64,000 bases of DNA from Octopus vulgaris (taxonomy: Eukaryota). A model generated the notes under the pieces. The model had not been told where the DNA came from. It saw only the letters and a program-made list of their open reading frames with translations, and did no database searches. A program made the position numbers and the translations under genes. The stretch is taken from positions 61,938,001-62,002,000 of the forward strand of contig OX597825.1 in the NCBI GenBank assembly GCA_951406725.2, written 5' to 3'. Shown piece after piece: positions 63,924-64,000 of the stretch (position 1 is its first letter; each line of letters begins with the position of its first letter).

Positions 63924-64000
63924 AAGGAACAGAGATGGATATTAAAAAGTTATTTTATTTCTACTAGTCAGAGAGGATTATTATTCGCGACAAAGGAAAG

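Overview
AT-rich eukaryotic non-coding DNA, almost certainly octopus or another coleoid cephalopod. This assignment is recognised from its SINE families, not from a database search. No host protein-coding exon could be supported, so the window is intergenic or deep intronic. Nearly all listed ORFs are microsatellite or SINE read-throughs. Contents: about 40 copies of four SINE families (working names SINE-A to D), CR1/L2-type and RTE LINE fragments, a decayed Buster/Charlie-type hAT transposase, an internally deleted mariner, a non-autonomous Helitron, piggyBac and pogo MITEs, several long fold-back palindromes and many microsatellites. The most interesting signal is six type I hammerhead ribozyme (HHR)-like motifs in three small non-autonomous, Penelope/retrozyme-like families. 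The first has an intact core and a 69-nt helix II (6375-6474). The second sits inside a tRNA-headed Pol III SINE (15870-16136, with a second copy near 49740). The third family occurs in tandem and shares a non-canonical CUGUNGA core (25786-26188, 16628-16848). The window also shows several template-switch or templated-insertion scars. Repeat boundaries were read by eye and are approximate.
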